Positions 22,592 to 35,574 of a stretch of 64,000 nucleotides of DNA are shown here, in pieces. The notes beneath the pieces were generated by a model. It had not been told where the DNA came from. It was given only the letters and a program-made list of their open reading frames with translations, and searched no databases. The stretch is from Bilabrum cf. latius (taxonomy: Eukaryota). The position numbers and the translations under genes are program-made. The stretch is from positions 930,001 to 994,000 of the forward strand of contig OZ237755.1 in NCBI GenBank assembly GCA_965178125.1, given 5' to 3'. Numbering within the stretch: the first letter of the stretch is position 1; each line of letters begins with the position of its first letter.

Positions 22592-24924
22592 TCAAAGATG
22601 TATCCCAAGTTGCGTTGCTTTCATGGAGAGCTCATCCGCTTCTCGTAAAAGTTCCGATATCCCACCCTTCTTAGACTTCTTAGGTCCACTAGAATACTGG
22701 CGGTGTCTGCGTTGCGTAAGGAAAAGCCTAAATAAGAAAGAATGAGATTATCGAGCACCGTGCAAGAACAGGAATGTGAATAAACAAACCTTCTGACTTA
22801 CTCTTGCTGAGGCGTGAACACAGTGGCTACATCCAAATTTATCACGAGGCAGCCAGCACCGCTTGTGTGCAGCCCGAAAATGTTGCCTACAGCGGGTAAC
22901 AGTGATTCAGGTGCATCTCGTACAGACACTGTCTCCTGAAGAAACAAGGCATGCTCTCGCTCTTTGGCCTTTGGCACCAGCGACCAGAGATCAACTCGAA
23001 GAGTAGACTAGCCAGCACTAATGTCTGATTGAGCTCGGCCATAGGCGTACGGCTCCATAAACCCAGTCGTTGCACTTCTTTGCAACACAACCACGGCAGC
23101 AACAATTGATTGGCTCAAATCACTCGGGTTCGTATCGATCAAAATATCGACCGGATAGCTGAACCCTGCAGCCCCGCGGGTAGAAGCCGATGTTATCAGA
23201 GTGTCAACGCAACAAATATCTGATCGAGGCTAGTTTCCTATTGCTGGGCTCGCTGTTTGAGTTTGCGTGACACCACGCATGACAGTGCGATACAGAGCAT
23301 GCTACGGAGCTGGTGGAGCCGGAATCCGCCTAAGCGCCAAAACAAACTGAACCGCATACTCAGAGGAACAGTCTACACCAGAAAGGTCCGTTATCTCGGC
23401 ACACACTAGTACCCGAGACAAGCCTGCTGATACTCCCCGGAACCCTGCTGATGCAGCTCGATTCTGCATCTCATCGTGAATGGTGGCATGAGCTTTGTCA
23501 ATGGCATCTGAACCGATCCCAAGAGCCTTCAGAGCTATTCTGGGTCCATTGGAGCCAGCGACAAGGTCTAGCAGTTGTACAAGATGGTACCTGCTCATTA
23601 TTGGCGCCAACGCAACCGCTTCGGCTTGTGTTAGCTCGGAAGCAACCATGACTACTACCTCCAGGACTGGTGAGTCATCGCTGCCGCTCGAAACGTCAGG
23701 TAAGGGCGAGCGCCCAGAATAGTCTCTCTCATCGCCCTTGGGTGCTGGTAGCGATATTTTTCTGGAAACGAATCGCCTAAAAATGTCAGTCCAGTGGAGC
23801 GTCATGCCAGAAACAGCTTCCCCTTCGGCATCTGTATCTTCATTTGCGTCTGGTTGCAGTGCTCGTTGCTTTGCCCTTTTACGTCGAGCCGCCGCGATTC
23901 TGGCGTCCTCTTCAGCGTCAGTGTCAACGGAGCGGGCTGAGAAAGGCGGAAGCACTTCCAGGTGGCTATCGCCGGCCGTGGCGTGCAGGGCAAGCACAGG
24001 GATCCTCATTACAGCCGAGGCAAAGTCGTCGCCTCCACCCCTCACTACCTCTGCGTCATCAATGATAGAGACACTGATGACCATCCCCGGGCGGCTCATG
24101 TCGTGTGGCCCCGTCGTGTTTCGCGGCCGAGCTGCGTCCATGCGAGCAATCCGCGAAGCCGCGCTTTTCACCAACATATCACCGGCCAGGGCACCACCTT
24201 GGGCTGCACCCGCGGCAGCGGCAGGTCTGGCCGCCCGTCCGATAGCAGGATCATCTGCGGGTGGTTCTGAACCTGCAATGATGGCGTGCGCGCGGGGGTG
24301 TGTTGCGCTGTCTGCAGCGGTCGACGTGGAGACGTGCAGACTGCGCTCCGCCAACGCTGCAAACAAACGGCCCGCCTGCCCTGTCATGCTGGCCCCTGCG
24401 GTCGATCCGTGCCCAACATCATCATGGCCGAGAGCACCGCCCGCTTCAGGGGTCCTGCTGTCGAGGGAATGCTCGTCCTCGAGAGAAACTGGAGGCAGGC
24501 GATGTGGCAGCTCAGGCGGCACAACACCGAGGTCAACCGGGAGTGGCACCTCAACTGTGTCGTCTGCCGATAACGACCCCTAGTACTTCAAGTACCTTTC
24601 TAGGTACACACGCTAGGTTGAAGAAGGCATCGCATCCAGGTATTTGCTGTGAGCTACAGATGTGGATGCCCCGCCGGAAGCCGAGTGCATTGAATCCTCC
24701 GGGCGTGTGACTATCGATTGTTTTGCCAAAGACCATGCTTCAACGGGATCCAAAATTTTCTGCTGCCAAGAAACCAGCGTAGCAGTACCTAACTTGCTCA
24801 GGTCATCCCCATCAGAACTAAGGGCCTACTTGGAATGCAGGATTCTGGTGGCTACCACAAATCGCAAGCTTGATAGCGGCTCCAAGAACCGGTAGTGAAT
24901 TGGTGACGTTGCGTCCTATTGCAT
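22592..24924 (-). CDS. MKS1: MKS1, B9-domain ciliary transition-zone protein; probable intron 22728-22801 (if unspliced, it ends at TAA 22798)
   Basis: Motifs YRFLEPLSSLRF, SWQQKI, LEVLPPFS, B9 start RVLVCAEITDLSG, GVTQT, FSYPVD, YAYG, FGLHTSGAG. Continuous only if TAG is sense. Confidence 0.8.
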
Positions 24925-25065
24925 ACTCTGGCAATTGGGTTGAAGCTTGCAGCAACCGTTCAAAGTTCAAACAAACGGCTCGACCCGATCATGGCGGCCC
25001 GGCGAGGTGTGACGAGCTGCTCCGCCGCTTCACAAAATTCAAATCCACGCTGCGAGTGCCCAACC

Positions 25066-27324
25066 ATGGAAGATGCGTGGGACCGTGCATCCCCATTATT
25101 CGAAGAGGAACTAAGTGTTCATACAAATGGCAAGTGCTGGGAGGGGCCACAACGTCCTCTTGCGTTGCGGTTGCTGCGCAAAGCTAGTGTAAGATGTTGG
25201 CGCCTGGTCTGACAGTTGCTCAGAGTAGCTGCTTCACTCTAGACAAAATACGGCACCTTCTTTCCTCGCTCCGGAACGCAGGGTGGATTCGAGCACCATC
25301 GTGATTCGAAGCCTGCGGATGGGTCCGCAGCAGACCCAACCAGCTCCTACCACGGCCCACTTGCGGTTGAGCTGTGTGATGCTCTCTGCCCGGAGAGATT
25401 GCTGCGAGCAGAGATAACTGCAACTTCATTCCAAGAGATGAGCGCAAGCCAGCGTATACGAGTGCCATTCTCACAGTTTTCTGGGCACCTCGTACGCCTG
25501 CTCCGCTTGGTATCTGCCTGTGCAAGTGCTGAACCGCGGCGCGCGCAAAGCGTGGACGGCAAGGGAGCAAGCACCGCAAACGGATCGACTAGTTCTATAC
25601 CGACAAGCGATGCAGTTCGTGGGGCATTTTAGCTTAGCCTCTCGAGCCCAGATCCGGACGCCGGGGTCACGCGCGCCGCCGACGACTAGCCGCGCGCCTC
25701 CACTTCGGACCCGTGGTCCGCCGCGTGGGGCAGCAGCAGTAGTTGGACAAATGCAACCACTGCTCTAGATGGTGAGCTACAATCGACCAGACGTGCGGTT
25801 CAGCCCGCCCCCGCCACGCCGGCCCAGCTTCACCCGGGGGCACCATGTTCCGCCGCACCGCCGGCAGGCCCCTCGGCCCCTGCCCCCGCCGCCGTGCTGG
25901 AGCTGCAGGAGTCGCTGGACTTTGCGCTCGTGAGGCACTTGGCTATCCCCCTGGTGGCAGTGGGCCCCGGTGAGGCCTCTCTCGCCCTGGCCAGCCAGCT
26001 GCGGCTGTGCCAGCAGCGGCTCGCGGACTCCAAGGCCCAGCTGCAGGAGGAGAGGGAGCAGGGAGCACTCGCCAGGGACGGCGCTGGGCGCTCGGAGGCG
26101 GCACTGGAGGAGGCACGCCGCCAGCACGCTGCCGTGTTGGCGGACGAGAGGGCGAGGCACCGAGAGGAGCTGGCAGCCTCCCGCCGCGAGGCACAGGAGG
26201 CGGGCCAGCGGGCCGAGGCAGCGGCGCGGGGGGACCTGGGGCCGCAGGTGGCTCAGGCCCGGGCAGATGCGACGGAAGCCAGGGCGGCCCAGGCGGCTGC
26301 GCAGTCGAGGCTCGAGGAGGCCCTGGGCGAGACGCAGCGGCTGGCGGCCGAACTGGCCAGCTCCAGGGGAGAGGCGCAGTCGCTGCGGGAGCGAGCCGGG
26401 GCCGCCGAGGAGCAGGCGCACGCAGAGCGCGACCAGTCCTCCCGCCTCTTGCAGGAGCTGAACGACGCCAGGCAGCAGAGTGCCGGTCTCAGCGCGCAGG
26501 TCCGCGCCCTCGAGGGCCAGGCCAAGGACGCGCGCGAGCTGGCGGACAGCGCCGAGCGGGCGAGGATTGCGGAGGCGGCCGCCCGGGCGGCAACTGCCGA
26601 AACCGCAACTGCGCTGCGCGCTGCCGCCACTCAGCTGCAGGACAAGGTGCGCCGAGCCGCGGGCGAGGTGGAGCGCGGCAACGAGTACGTGCGGCGGCTG
26701 CAAGCAGAGCTGCGGCAGGAGAGGGCAGGGCGCAAGGCGGCGGCCGAGGAGCTCGCGGGCGTGCGCGGACAGCTGCAGCAGGAGAGCGTCAGGGCTCGGC
26801 GGGCCGAGGACGAGACGGCGACGGCCAGGCGAGCTGCCGAGGAGGCCGAGCGAGAGGCAGAGGGCGCCCAGGCCATGGCGCGCAGGGCGCAATCTCGGCT
26901 GCAAGAGGGCAAGGTGCTGCTACGCAGGCAGGAGTAGGCCATGGCGGCGCTGCACGCCCGTGTGACGGGGCTACGCGCGGCCTAGCTGGGAGCCGCCCCT
27001 CCGCGCCCCTTCGAGTCGCGCCTCGGGTGGATGCCCGCTGTAAAGCCTGCAGGCGACCCAGTGGGTGGGGACGGTGAAGGCGAGTGGAAGCATGTCGGTG
27101 ACATGCATGGGGTGGGAGCCATACCCGGTGCCAAGCTAGATAGAGGTGCAACCGTGAGTGGTGAGGAAGAGGCCAAAGCGGCTACTAGAGGCTGCGCCAC
27201 GGCTGTGCTTGGTCACTAGAAGGAGTCCCCACAGGTGAAGTCGACCGGGCCAGACTCGCCTGTCGTGATGACTGTGCACAGCAGACAGCCGGGCCAACAC
27301 AGGCTGCTATAGCCGATGCGGTGA
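25066..27324 (+). CDS. SASS6: Centriolar cartwheel protein SAS-6; intron 25189-25281, possible in-frame intron 25772-25867
   Basis: Head-domain motifs SFQEMSASQRIRVPFSQF and LELQESLDFALVRHLAIPL, then a long coiled coil containing RGNEYVRRLQ. Several TAGs; TGA at 27322-27324. Confidence 0.83.
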
Positions 27325-27393
27325 CTGCATGGGACACTTGTTTGTTGTGAAGTTGTATGTCGAAGCTGCTCCTGTCTAGTTCAAACCGGGCCG

Positions 27394-27725
27394 TCATCGA
27401 CCATGGCTAAATCGTCGATCAGCCGCGCCCGCAGACACATTTCGAGCCGGAACGCTCGACTCTAATCGCCTCAACTCTCGGATAGCGGCCGCAAGGGCAT
27501 TGGGGTTCACCCCGAGCTCACACAAGTCCCGGATTGCAGAAATTGCAGCGGGAGACAGGCCAGTATCGAGAACTCTGGACAGCTCCAAAAGACCTGTGAG
27601 GTTAAGGCAGACACATATTGTTCAAGTGACAATAATTGCTGATTTGAAAACGCTTTCTTTGGCAAAACCGCTTACTCAAGATTTCGAAAGGACTCACTTG
27701 CGGTCTCGTCATCAAGGGCTGCCAT
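27394..27725 (-). CDS. MZT1: MOZART1 (gamma-tubulin complex subunit); one intron near 27594-27697, boundaries approximate
   Basis: ELSRVLDTGL..LCELGVNPNALAAAIRELRR is the MOZART1 signature. Confidence 0.88.
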
Positions 27726-27904
27726 GATGCTATATTCCTAAATGCGCAAACACCTGATGAGTAAGATACTTGCTTTTCACGAGACAGATTAGCGATGAAC
27801 CTAATAGGAAGGTTTGATGTGCCGACCGCAAAGTGCAAACAGGCTCGTCACTGTCAACTGTTGAAGTCAGGCTGCTAGTGGGTTCCGGCCAAGATGAAGA
27901 AGGC

Positions 27905-29900
27905 TTAAGCTAGCTCGTCTTCCAAGTCCGCATCATCACCACCATGCGGCTAGCTGCTGCCGTGCACATCTTCGTCATCGCCACCAGCACCGGCAGATGC
28001 CCCCACGTCCGCATCGCCACCAGCACCGGCAGATGCCCCAACGTCCGCATCGCCACCAGCACCAGCAGATGCCCCCACGTCCGCATCGCCACTAGCACCA
28101 GCAGATGCCCCCACGTCCGCATCGCCACCAGCACCGGCAGCTGTACTCACGCCAAGACCGCCAGCGATGGCACTTGCATCCGCAGCGTTGCCAGAATCAC
28201 TGGCTCCTTTCGTGCCCGCCTCTCCCTCTCCCTCATCTTCCACCTGTGCCAACGCAGCATCTAGATCGAACTCGAACCCAGACCCAGCCTGCCCAGAGTC
28301 AGAACCCTCCGCTGGCGTGCCCTAGCCCCCCCCCTGTCCCCCGTCGCCCTCCAGTGCGCCCTCAAGCTCCTCGGTGCCACCGGCATGCGCTTCTTCCCCC
28401 CGGATGGCTCCATCGAGGGCAAACAGCGCATCCCGCTCCACGCGCGCCCTGTTCTCTCGCGCCTTTGACGCCGCCGGGTCCTCTGCCGCCCCGAGCCCAT
28501 CCCGCGCGACGGCGGCCTCCTGTGCCGCCCCTCCCAGCTCCCGGCCGAGGCCGCCCACCGCCACTCGGCGGAGCTTGGTGCCGTCCGGTAGCACGATCAC
28601 ACCTGAATCACCCTTTGCTGCCGCACCGCCGAGCGAGGGTGCTGCGGTTGCAGCCTGAGTGGCGCCAACTGCGTCAGCACTCCGCAGCCCGCGATCCCCA
28701 GCAGACTTCACCTTGCCACCACTCGCCCCTCCTGCTGCTGGCTGCTCTCCTAGCGCCTCTGCGAAATCGTCGTCCGCCCCTGCTTCCCCTGGCACCGGCA
28801 GGGTGCGCAGCAGAGCCGCCACGGCCCTGTCCGCATACGTGATGCTGGCGTTCTTGGCGATGGTGCGCTGCCACAGTTCGCCGTTGCCCCGTTTGAAGGC
28901 GTCCACTAGGTTCTCAATAGCTGCCGCTTCGTTGGAAGAGGGGAATCCTTCCACGTCCAAGGCGTACTGAAACTCCTTGTCGGCCGCAACGGGGTCCCCT
29001 GCCGCCAGCAGTAGCACAGCTCTGCACAAGACGGCCTTGCGGACGTTGTGCGGCTGCTTGAGCGCAGCAAACGTGCGGAGCAAGTACTGGTAGACCCGCA
29101 TAGCACTAGCATGAAGGCCTGCTCGAACCAGAAAACTTGCTGCCTCTTTCAGGGGTTTGGTGGCATAAGCCTCCTTTCCAGGGGCCGATTGGAAGGCCTG
29201 GATCGCCTCCTGAAAGTAGCGGTCGGCGGCCTAAGCCTGCTCGTCAAGCTGTACCTATGCTTTTGAAAGGCCACCCCCAGGAGCTCCCGATAGCGCTACT
29301 GCGCTGCCTCCGCGCCTGCGCCTGTCCTCAAGCCTGTCCGCAACGGCCTAGCCAATCGCCTTGCCAGCCGAGCACTTGCACTCGCCAGCCCGCTCCGGCT
29401 TGCCCGCAGCGATCCAAGCCCCACCAGCAAGATCGTAGCATTCTGCAGACGAAGTGATTGAGTCCCCCTCCTTGATTCTGCCGTAGTTTTTTGCGGCATT
29501 CACATACGCAAGCGCAGTCGAGCTGGGCTCCTGCGCAAGCTAAGGGTGGCTGAACGAAACACGATCGGGAATTCAACGTGCATTCAACATAATGGCCCGC
29601 GAGTGATATTTTAGCTCACTCGCATGGCATCGTAGCATTCCGCCATTCTCCGGAAGGCTCCCGCCGCTTTGCCTGCTTTTCCTGCAGACATGAACGCTTT
29701 TGCGGCAGAATCGAAAGCCACCTGCGATATTAAAAGGACCGCCCAATGATTCACCAGTTGAAGCATATGCAAATCACACAAGTAAATCTAGGCAGTACTC
29801 TCACGGATGCTGCCCGATAGTCAGGAGACCATCGAAACATCCCAGTAGTGAGTGCAGCCTCCCCCTTTCCCATCTCGCTATCACCTTGTGCTTCCGTCAT
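27905..29900 (-). CDS. NAPG: Gamma-SNAP (NSF attachment protein) with a long acidic low-complexity C-terminal tail; two 5' introns
   Basis: N-terminal LTTGMFRWSPDYRAAS, then LAAGDPVAAD..GFPSSNE..LVDAF; ends EDELA-TAA. In-frame TAGs at 28322, 27950 and others. Confidence 0.85.
27976..28140 (-). repeat. 36-bp coding minisatellite, about 4.5 copies (AGAGGDADVGAS)
   Basis: Tandem copies of GCATCGCCACCAGCACCRGCAGATGCCCCCACGTCC on the + strand, inside the gamma-SNAP tail. Confidence 0.92.
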
Positions 29901-30091
29901 TGATATCAAAAACTTCGGAATTTACCAGATGGCCTTGGTATTAGATCTTGATTGCGAGCGATAGGATGCTGAAATCCAGTTCATTCCCAGGACATCTCCA
30001 GATTCTGCCAGAGGAGTGCAGTGCACCAAGCAGCAGCCGCAAGCCAAGTAACAGTCTGCACCCTACCGGTGCCAAAAGAAAAAAGAAGAGG

Positions 30092-31273
30092 TCATGTGCC
30101 CTTACTGAGGGCGTCATCCGACCCGGCACCGCCAGTCGCAGCGCCTGCGCCAGCCGAAGAAGCTTCTCCTTTCTCTGCAGCGGGCTCGGCGGCAGTCGTC
30201 TCGTCTGCCCCTCCAGCAGCCGCCTTGAGAGCAGGCATCGCGGACGCAGCAGCAGCAGCCGCCGCCGCCTCCTTACGCCTCTGCTCATCCCTTCCCTTGA
30301 TGGCCCGGATGGGCGCCATCCACTCGTGCTGCATGGCTTCCCTGGCAGTCATGCGGTCCTGGTGGTCGTACCGCAGCAGCCGGTCGATGAAGCTGATGGC
30401 TTCCTTGGTGACCAGGTGCTGGTTCTCGCTCGAGACGAACCGCTCCCACGGCTTCCGGGGAAACTTGTCGAGCAGTCCGTCAAAGTGCGGGTCCAGCTCC
30501 AGGTCGTACTTCTCCAGGTAGCTGAATAGCTCGTCCGTGCCCAGCACCTTGGCGATCTTGACCAGCTGGTCGTAGTTGTCGTGTCCGTGGAAGAAGGGCT
30601 CCTTGCGGAACACCATGCCAGCCACCATGCACCCCAGACTCCACATGTCGAGCGAATAGTCATAGTCCTGCAAGTCTACCAGCAGCTCCGGGCCCTTGAA
30701 GTACCGGCTGGCGACCCTCACGTTGTACTCGCGGCCCGGGTGGTAGAACTCGGCGAGGCCCCAGTCGATCAGGCGGAGCTTGCGCTGCGCATGGTCAATC
30801 ACTACATTGTGCGGCTTGATGTCCCTATGCATGATCCCGTTCGAGTGGCAGTAGTCCAGCGCGATGAGAAGCTCATAGATGTAGTACCTGATGTCAAGGT
30901 CGCTCAAGGTGGGGTACAGCAGCTTAAAGTCGGTGTTGTCCACGTGCTCAAACACGAGGCACGGGGTCTTGCTGGTGGGGTCACGCACGACGTCCAAGAG
31001 CTTGATGACATTGGGGCCTCCAGATAGATTCTGCAGGATCTTGATCTCCCTCTTGATCTTCTTTTTCTTCACTGGCTTGAGGATCTTGATCACGCATCGC
31101 TGCTTAGAGGCAACATTGATGCCCTCGAACACTTCCGAGTACTTCCCACGACCAATCTTACGGATAACCTCGTAGTTGTCTTGCTCGCCCCAAGTCACAG
31201 TCAGGCTTTCGTAGTCCCAATACCCCCGCGGGCGCTTCAAGTTGATGTCGGCGTACACACGTGCTCGCGACAT
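30092..31273 (-). CDS. CSNK2A1: Casein kinase II catalytic subunit alpha
   Basis: Motifs [47 protein letters not shown]. No in-frame TAG; TGA stop. Confidence 0.97.
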   Translation of the reverse strand: MSRARVYADINLKRPRGYWDYESLTVTWGEQDNYEVIRKIGRGKYSEVFEGINVASKQRCVIKILKPVKKKKIKREIKILQNLSGGPNVIKLLDVVRDPTSKTPCLVFEHVDNTDFKLLYPTLSDLDIRYYIYELLIALDYCHSNGIMHRDIKPHNVVIDHAQRKLRLIDWGLAEFYHPGREYNVRVASRYFKGPELLVDLQDYDYSLDMWSLGCMVAGMVFRKEPFFHGHDNYDQLVKIAKVLGTDELFSYLEKYDLELDPHFDGLLDKFPRKPWERFVSSENQHLVTKEAISFIDRLLRYDHQDRMTAREAMQHEWMAPIRAIKGRDEQRRKEAAAAAAAASAMPALKAAAGGADETTAAEPAAEKGEASSAGAGAATGGAGSDDALSKGT

Positions 31274-31962
31274 TCTGCTACTCCACACGTAAAAGTGAGG
31301 GGCTTCAGACGGGTCAGCAAAGGGTGCTCGACCCGAATCAAAAACTTGGTCGTAACCGGGAGGCTACGCAAACTCTCGAGATACCTGGACCGGCCGCTTC
31401 GGCGACTTCAATCGACCAGATGAATTCCTTCCTGTTCGATGAGGCTGTGAGGCTGAAGATCTTGCGCCACAAGATGCAGATACGCTGTAGAACGCTCGGC
31501 TAAACGCAGAGTGTTGCGGATTAAAGGCTAAGGGCTGTCGAGCACGAGCTACAAGCCTGCTTGCAAGCGTCTTCGCCCGGAGGGATCCTTGCCTGGACCA
31601 CGTGATTCGCCCCGCTGTTGCAGCGGTGAGACTGCCTGCAATATATTTAAAATGGGGCAAACAACAATTGAGAGGCGAATTTCGATGGAAGGTGCTTACT
31701 ATGCAGACACATAGAATGGAATGCTGTTCGTTCGGCGGGCAACTGCGTGTTGAAATAATTGGGTGCGACAATCAGATACGCCAACATACGGTTGCATAAA
31801 AACATAGACGAAATATAGCTTACAACGACTTCGAGGCAAACGCGACGGAAATAAGCCACAGCAACGCTGTGAGGTGTTTGGGCCGGCAACAATGCTTCGT
31901 GTAAACACACGTTACTAATAATACCCACTCTGGATTTCTGAGGCGGCAACCACCTCGATCGG

Positions 31963-34117
31963 CAGGCCTGTACACCTTATGTGGTCAAAACAGAGTTCGA
32001 ACATATAAGTAGGAAACTTATAAAGGCATCCTATGTACTGTTTTTGGCCTCTGCGGACACTTATATCTTTGGACACTGTTCCCTGGCTCCACAGTGACTA
32101 AAACCTTGTTCTATGTACACTATAGTGTTTGCCCACCTGTATTCTAGCATTCAATTGCAAAAATATATGCACTGTGGCCGCCTTAGAGGCTGACCTGGTG
32201 ACTCCTGGCCGACGTTCTCCACCACGCCACCTATCTTACCGACAGCCCCTGAATGCCAGTCGATCTCGCATGTAGCGTGCCATCTCACGCACTCTGGAAT
32301 TGCGCCCAGGAATAGACGTGTAGTGCCTCCATCGTACTCGACGCCGACCTCCTTAGACCCAACAGGTACGTCTCTGAACGATCGGACCGTCTTGTAGACC
32401 AATACCCCTCCTTTACCGTTGCGAGCGCATCGACGTGGATCGTGTCTTCCCACGTTCCGTTCCGGGCATGGAGCTCAAGGAACTGAGCCAGACTCGTTGG
32501 TCTCACCATCGTTCCATCCTGTGGACGCACCCGACCCGGCTCTGGCGCTAGAGTAACCACCTCTGCATCACGCCTTTGTGTACAGCAGTTCAGAGTCCTC
32601 CATCTCGCTCTCTTGTCGCCAATGGCTGTGGCACCGCGTCCGACTTATCTGTGACTGCCGATCCTTCCGATGACGGCATCTGGATGGGGAGATTGTATCC
32701 TCTCCTACCCCCCATCCTAATCCGGAACCCCTCCGGTCCCCACCGTCCCTTCTTACATTCATGCCCTGTCTGTGCCCCATGCTTCATCCACCCCGTCCAC
32801 CTTTCCTCCATTCCATCCACCCCCCGTTCGTTCACCTCAATCATGCCACACGACTTGTCGACTCGCCTAAGCGCTGTGACCAGCCCACGACCTCAGCCTC
32901 CCTCACCCAGTCGTTCCCCACTCAGGTTGTCATCTAATGATGGTGGCTCGGCCTCACCCACGCACAGGTCGGCATTCTCATCGTCGACACAGCTCTTCCT
33001 GAACCCCGCTGCGGCGTCTTCGTATTCGTCCCCGGAATCTGTAGACAGCTGCCATCACCAAGTCCGAGGTCACAAAAAGGTGTAGATTTCGGCGGGGAGC
33101 GCTTGTTCCCAAGCTTGAAAGTGGCCGGAGAAAGACAAGCTCTACCTAGAGGCACACTACTGCTTCCTAAGGCTCGTACCGAGTTACCTTGATCAGCAGA
33201 TCCAGTTATCTTTGACACAGTGTCGAGAGACATACTTCGTTACGGGCGACCGCCGCCGAGAACAAGCTCATTCTAATCGGAGTCGCTGCTCTCATCATCC
33301 CTGTCGCACCCCTTTGCATCATCACCATTTGGGTGTGTAACCGCGGCCTTCATCGTGCTGCTGTACATCGCCTTGAAGGTCTAGGCGATGTATGCCTTCG
33401 CGTAAGTGAGCTCTCGCCATGGTCGGCTACGGCGAGGATTGCTAGCTTTAGTCGCTCATTAGCCCTCTGCACGCACTCATGTGTAATCATGTGCAATGGC
33501 ATACTGCTCCTTTCATTTCGAGAGCGTTTCCAATCCGTGCAACCGTCCCTTCCACCTGAGCTGTAGCCACGGGCACGGAAGCCATCAGCTGTCCCAGCCG
33601 TAGCCAAGCCCGAACGTGTCGAGAGTGACACGACTGAGCACACAAACGCCGATATAATGATATTGGAGTCTCTTCTGTGGCGTAACCATCTCCCACATCG
33701 GTGTAAATGAACGGCCGCCGAATTCCAACTGGCGCTGGAGGATACAAGATTTTGCTGCACCAATACAAGTCAAGACAAATCGGGGGACAGAAATGATTCA
33801 ATTATTCTTAATTGAAGCACTTGGGGGCCTTCGATGCCGCACACGATGCCTGTGACAGAGCGTTTGGGCCCAGGCACGTGACGGGAGCGCGGCTCGGGAG
33901 CACGCCTACGTGGAGTTCACTCTCGAGACTTCCACGCCATATTGCGGGGCAAGCACCGCACAAGACAATATTTCATCTATTAAATATTGAATTTCTACTA
34001 TTATTTACTCACGAAACCTCCTGTTTACCCTGAAAATCAAGTTTGAAAATGCCACTTATACGCTGATTTCGGCCCTTGGAGCTACTTATATCATACTTTA
34101 TAAGTTGTACAGGCCTG
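31963..34117 (-). mobile_element. Non-autonomous/defective hAT-like DNA transposon, 2155 bp
   Basis: 18-bp TIRs CAGGCCTGTACA(C/A)CTTAT (17/18 match) at 31963-31980 and 34100-34117. Exact 8-bp TSD TCGATCGG at 31955-31962 and 34118-34125. Possible hAT dimerisation-domain remnant LGQLMASVPVATAQVE near 33550-33600 (-). Confidence 0.88.
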
Positions 34118-34337
34118 TCGATCGGTCACCGATGAAGCGTATATTCTATCCCGATCGGTTCTGCGTAGCCATTTAAACCAGTAGCTGCGTGACGGATCTG
34201 CTGGTTGCGGTACGAGTGGTTAAAAAAAGCCACTGGCAGCAATAGAATCCACAGGGCTCGCACTGGCCTCAAACGCAAACGAAGTGAGCGACAAGACAGT
34301 TCGAGTAAATGTCCATGTGGTGCAATGCAGTAGCTCA

Positions 34338-35426
34338 TCACGACTCAACACTGGCCTCATTTCCACCGTCCACACATTCCAAGAAGCCCTCAGCCAGCAG
34401 ACCTGCTACCGTGTCCTTCAGGATGTCCTCCAGGCCAATGAAAGATATGCCCAGCTTAGACTTCGCCTTCGAGGCATCGATACGAGGCACCTTCGCCGCA
34501 GCCTCGTCACCCCCCTCTTGCTTGAGCGGGATGAGCCCAGCCTCGGCACGTTCGGGGCACAGCTTGGCAAGCAGCTTGCAGACCTCGAGCCAGCTGCCAT
34601 CGCCCCCTGACAGCACAAACCTTCCGTTCGCCTCATCTCTCTCGTACGCCTCTAAGTGCGCGGTTGCAACGTCCTCCACGTGCACGAATGACATGCCCTT
34701 TGCATCGAGGGTGTCGCCTTTCCGGCTGCCATCCAGCAGCTTCAGGATGATCTCGTTGGACGTATTTAGAGATCCATACTTCTCCAGGAATGGTCCACAT
34801 ATCAGGGGTGGATTGATGAATCTTACTTCCATTCCTTTCCTCTCTTCGTTGATTGCTAGCCCCACCTTCTCCGCCTCAACTTTGCTTGCCCTGTACCAGT
34901 GCATCTTTTCTGGGCTGTCCGCCGTGCTGGTATCGTTGAAATGTACTTCTGTGTGAGCCTTTGAGAAGTCCATGTTTGATGAATCAAACAGAATCGTGGC
35001 GAATGAACTTGTTGTAACAACTCGTTCAATGCCCGCCTTTTGGCAGCTCGTGTATACGTTCTTGGTTCCATCCCGAGCAGGAACTACGAAATCTTCAGGC
35101 TTTTCTGGGTTCAAATGAAACGGGGATGCAGTGTGAAACGCACCCACGCACCCAGACGCTGCTTTGTCAAAAGATTCAGCAGTAAGAAGATCCGCTTCAA
35201 AGAACCGCAGCTGCTTGTCTGCTCCAGGTAGCGCAGCCAGGGCTTTCGCTCGGCTTGATTCTGTACTACGAACCGTGGCGTGCACAGTATATCCTCGCTT
35301 GAGCAGGAGACGGACCAAGAAGCTCGCAACGTATCCTGTAGCACCAGTGACGAGCACGGGGCCGGCGTCCGCGGAGAATTTCCCGCTGCGGCTGGTGAAT
35401 ACATCTGAATGCTCTACTGCAGCCAT
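34338..35426 (-). CDS. Extended SDR NAD(P)-dependent reductase (dihydroflavonol-4-reductase/cinnamoyl-CoA-reductase-like)
   Basis: Motifs VTGATGYVAS, FHTASP, TSS, YRASK, VHVEDVA. Intact ORF; TGA stop. Confidence 0.93.
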   Translation of the reverse strand: MAAVEHSDVFTSRSGKFSADAGPVLVTGATGYVASFLVRLLLKRGYTVHATVRSTESSRAKALAALPGADKQLRFFEADLLTAESFDKAASGCVGAFHTASPFHLNPEKPEDFVVPARDGTKNVYTSCQKAGIERVVTTSSFATILFDSSNMDFSKAHTEVHFNDTSTADSPEKMHWYRASKVEAEKVGLAINEERKGMEVRFINPPLICGPFLEKYGSLNTSNEIILKLLDGSRKGDTLDAKGMSFVHVEDVATAHLEAYERDEANGRFVLSGGDGSWLEVCKLLAKLCPERAEAGLIPLKQEGGDEAAAKVPRIDASKAKSKLGISFIGLEDILKDTVAGLLAEGFLECVDGGNEASVES

Positions 35427-35574
35427 GCTTGGTTGGAAAGGAGTCCAACGAATGCAACGGCCTCTTGGTAGATCTAGTCTAATCCGTCCGAATCTGGTTT
35501 TCAGATTTAGTAAGGAGTCATTGTGGTTCTACTGCAATTTCTCGGGAAATGTAAGCTACTAGCCTAATTTGAAG

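Noticed and set aside
27976-28140. 36-bp repeats as a CRISPR array
   Set aside because: Head-to-tail copies with no spacers, in frame within a eukaryotic CDS.
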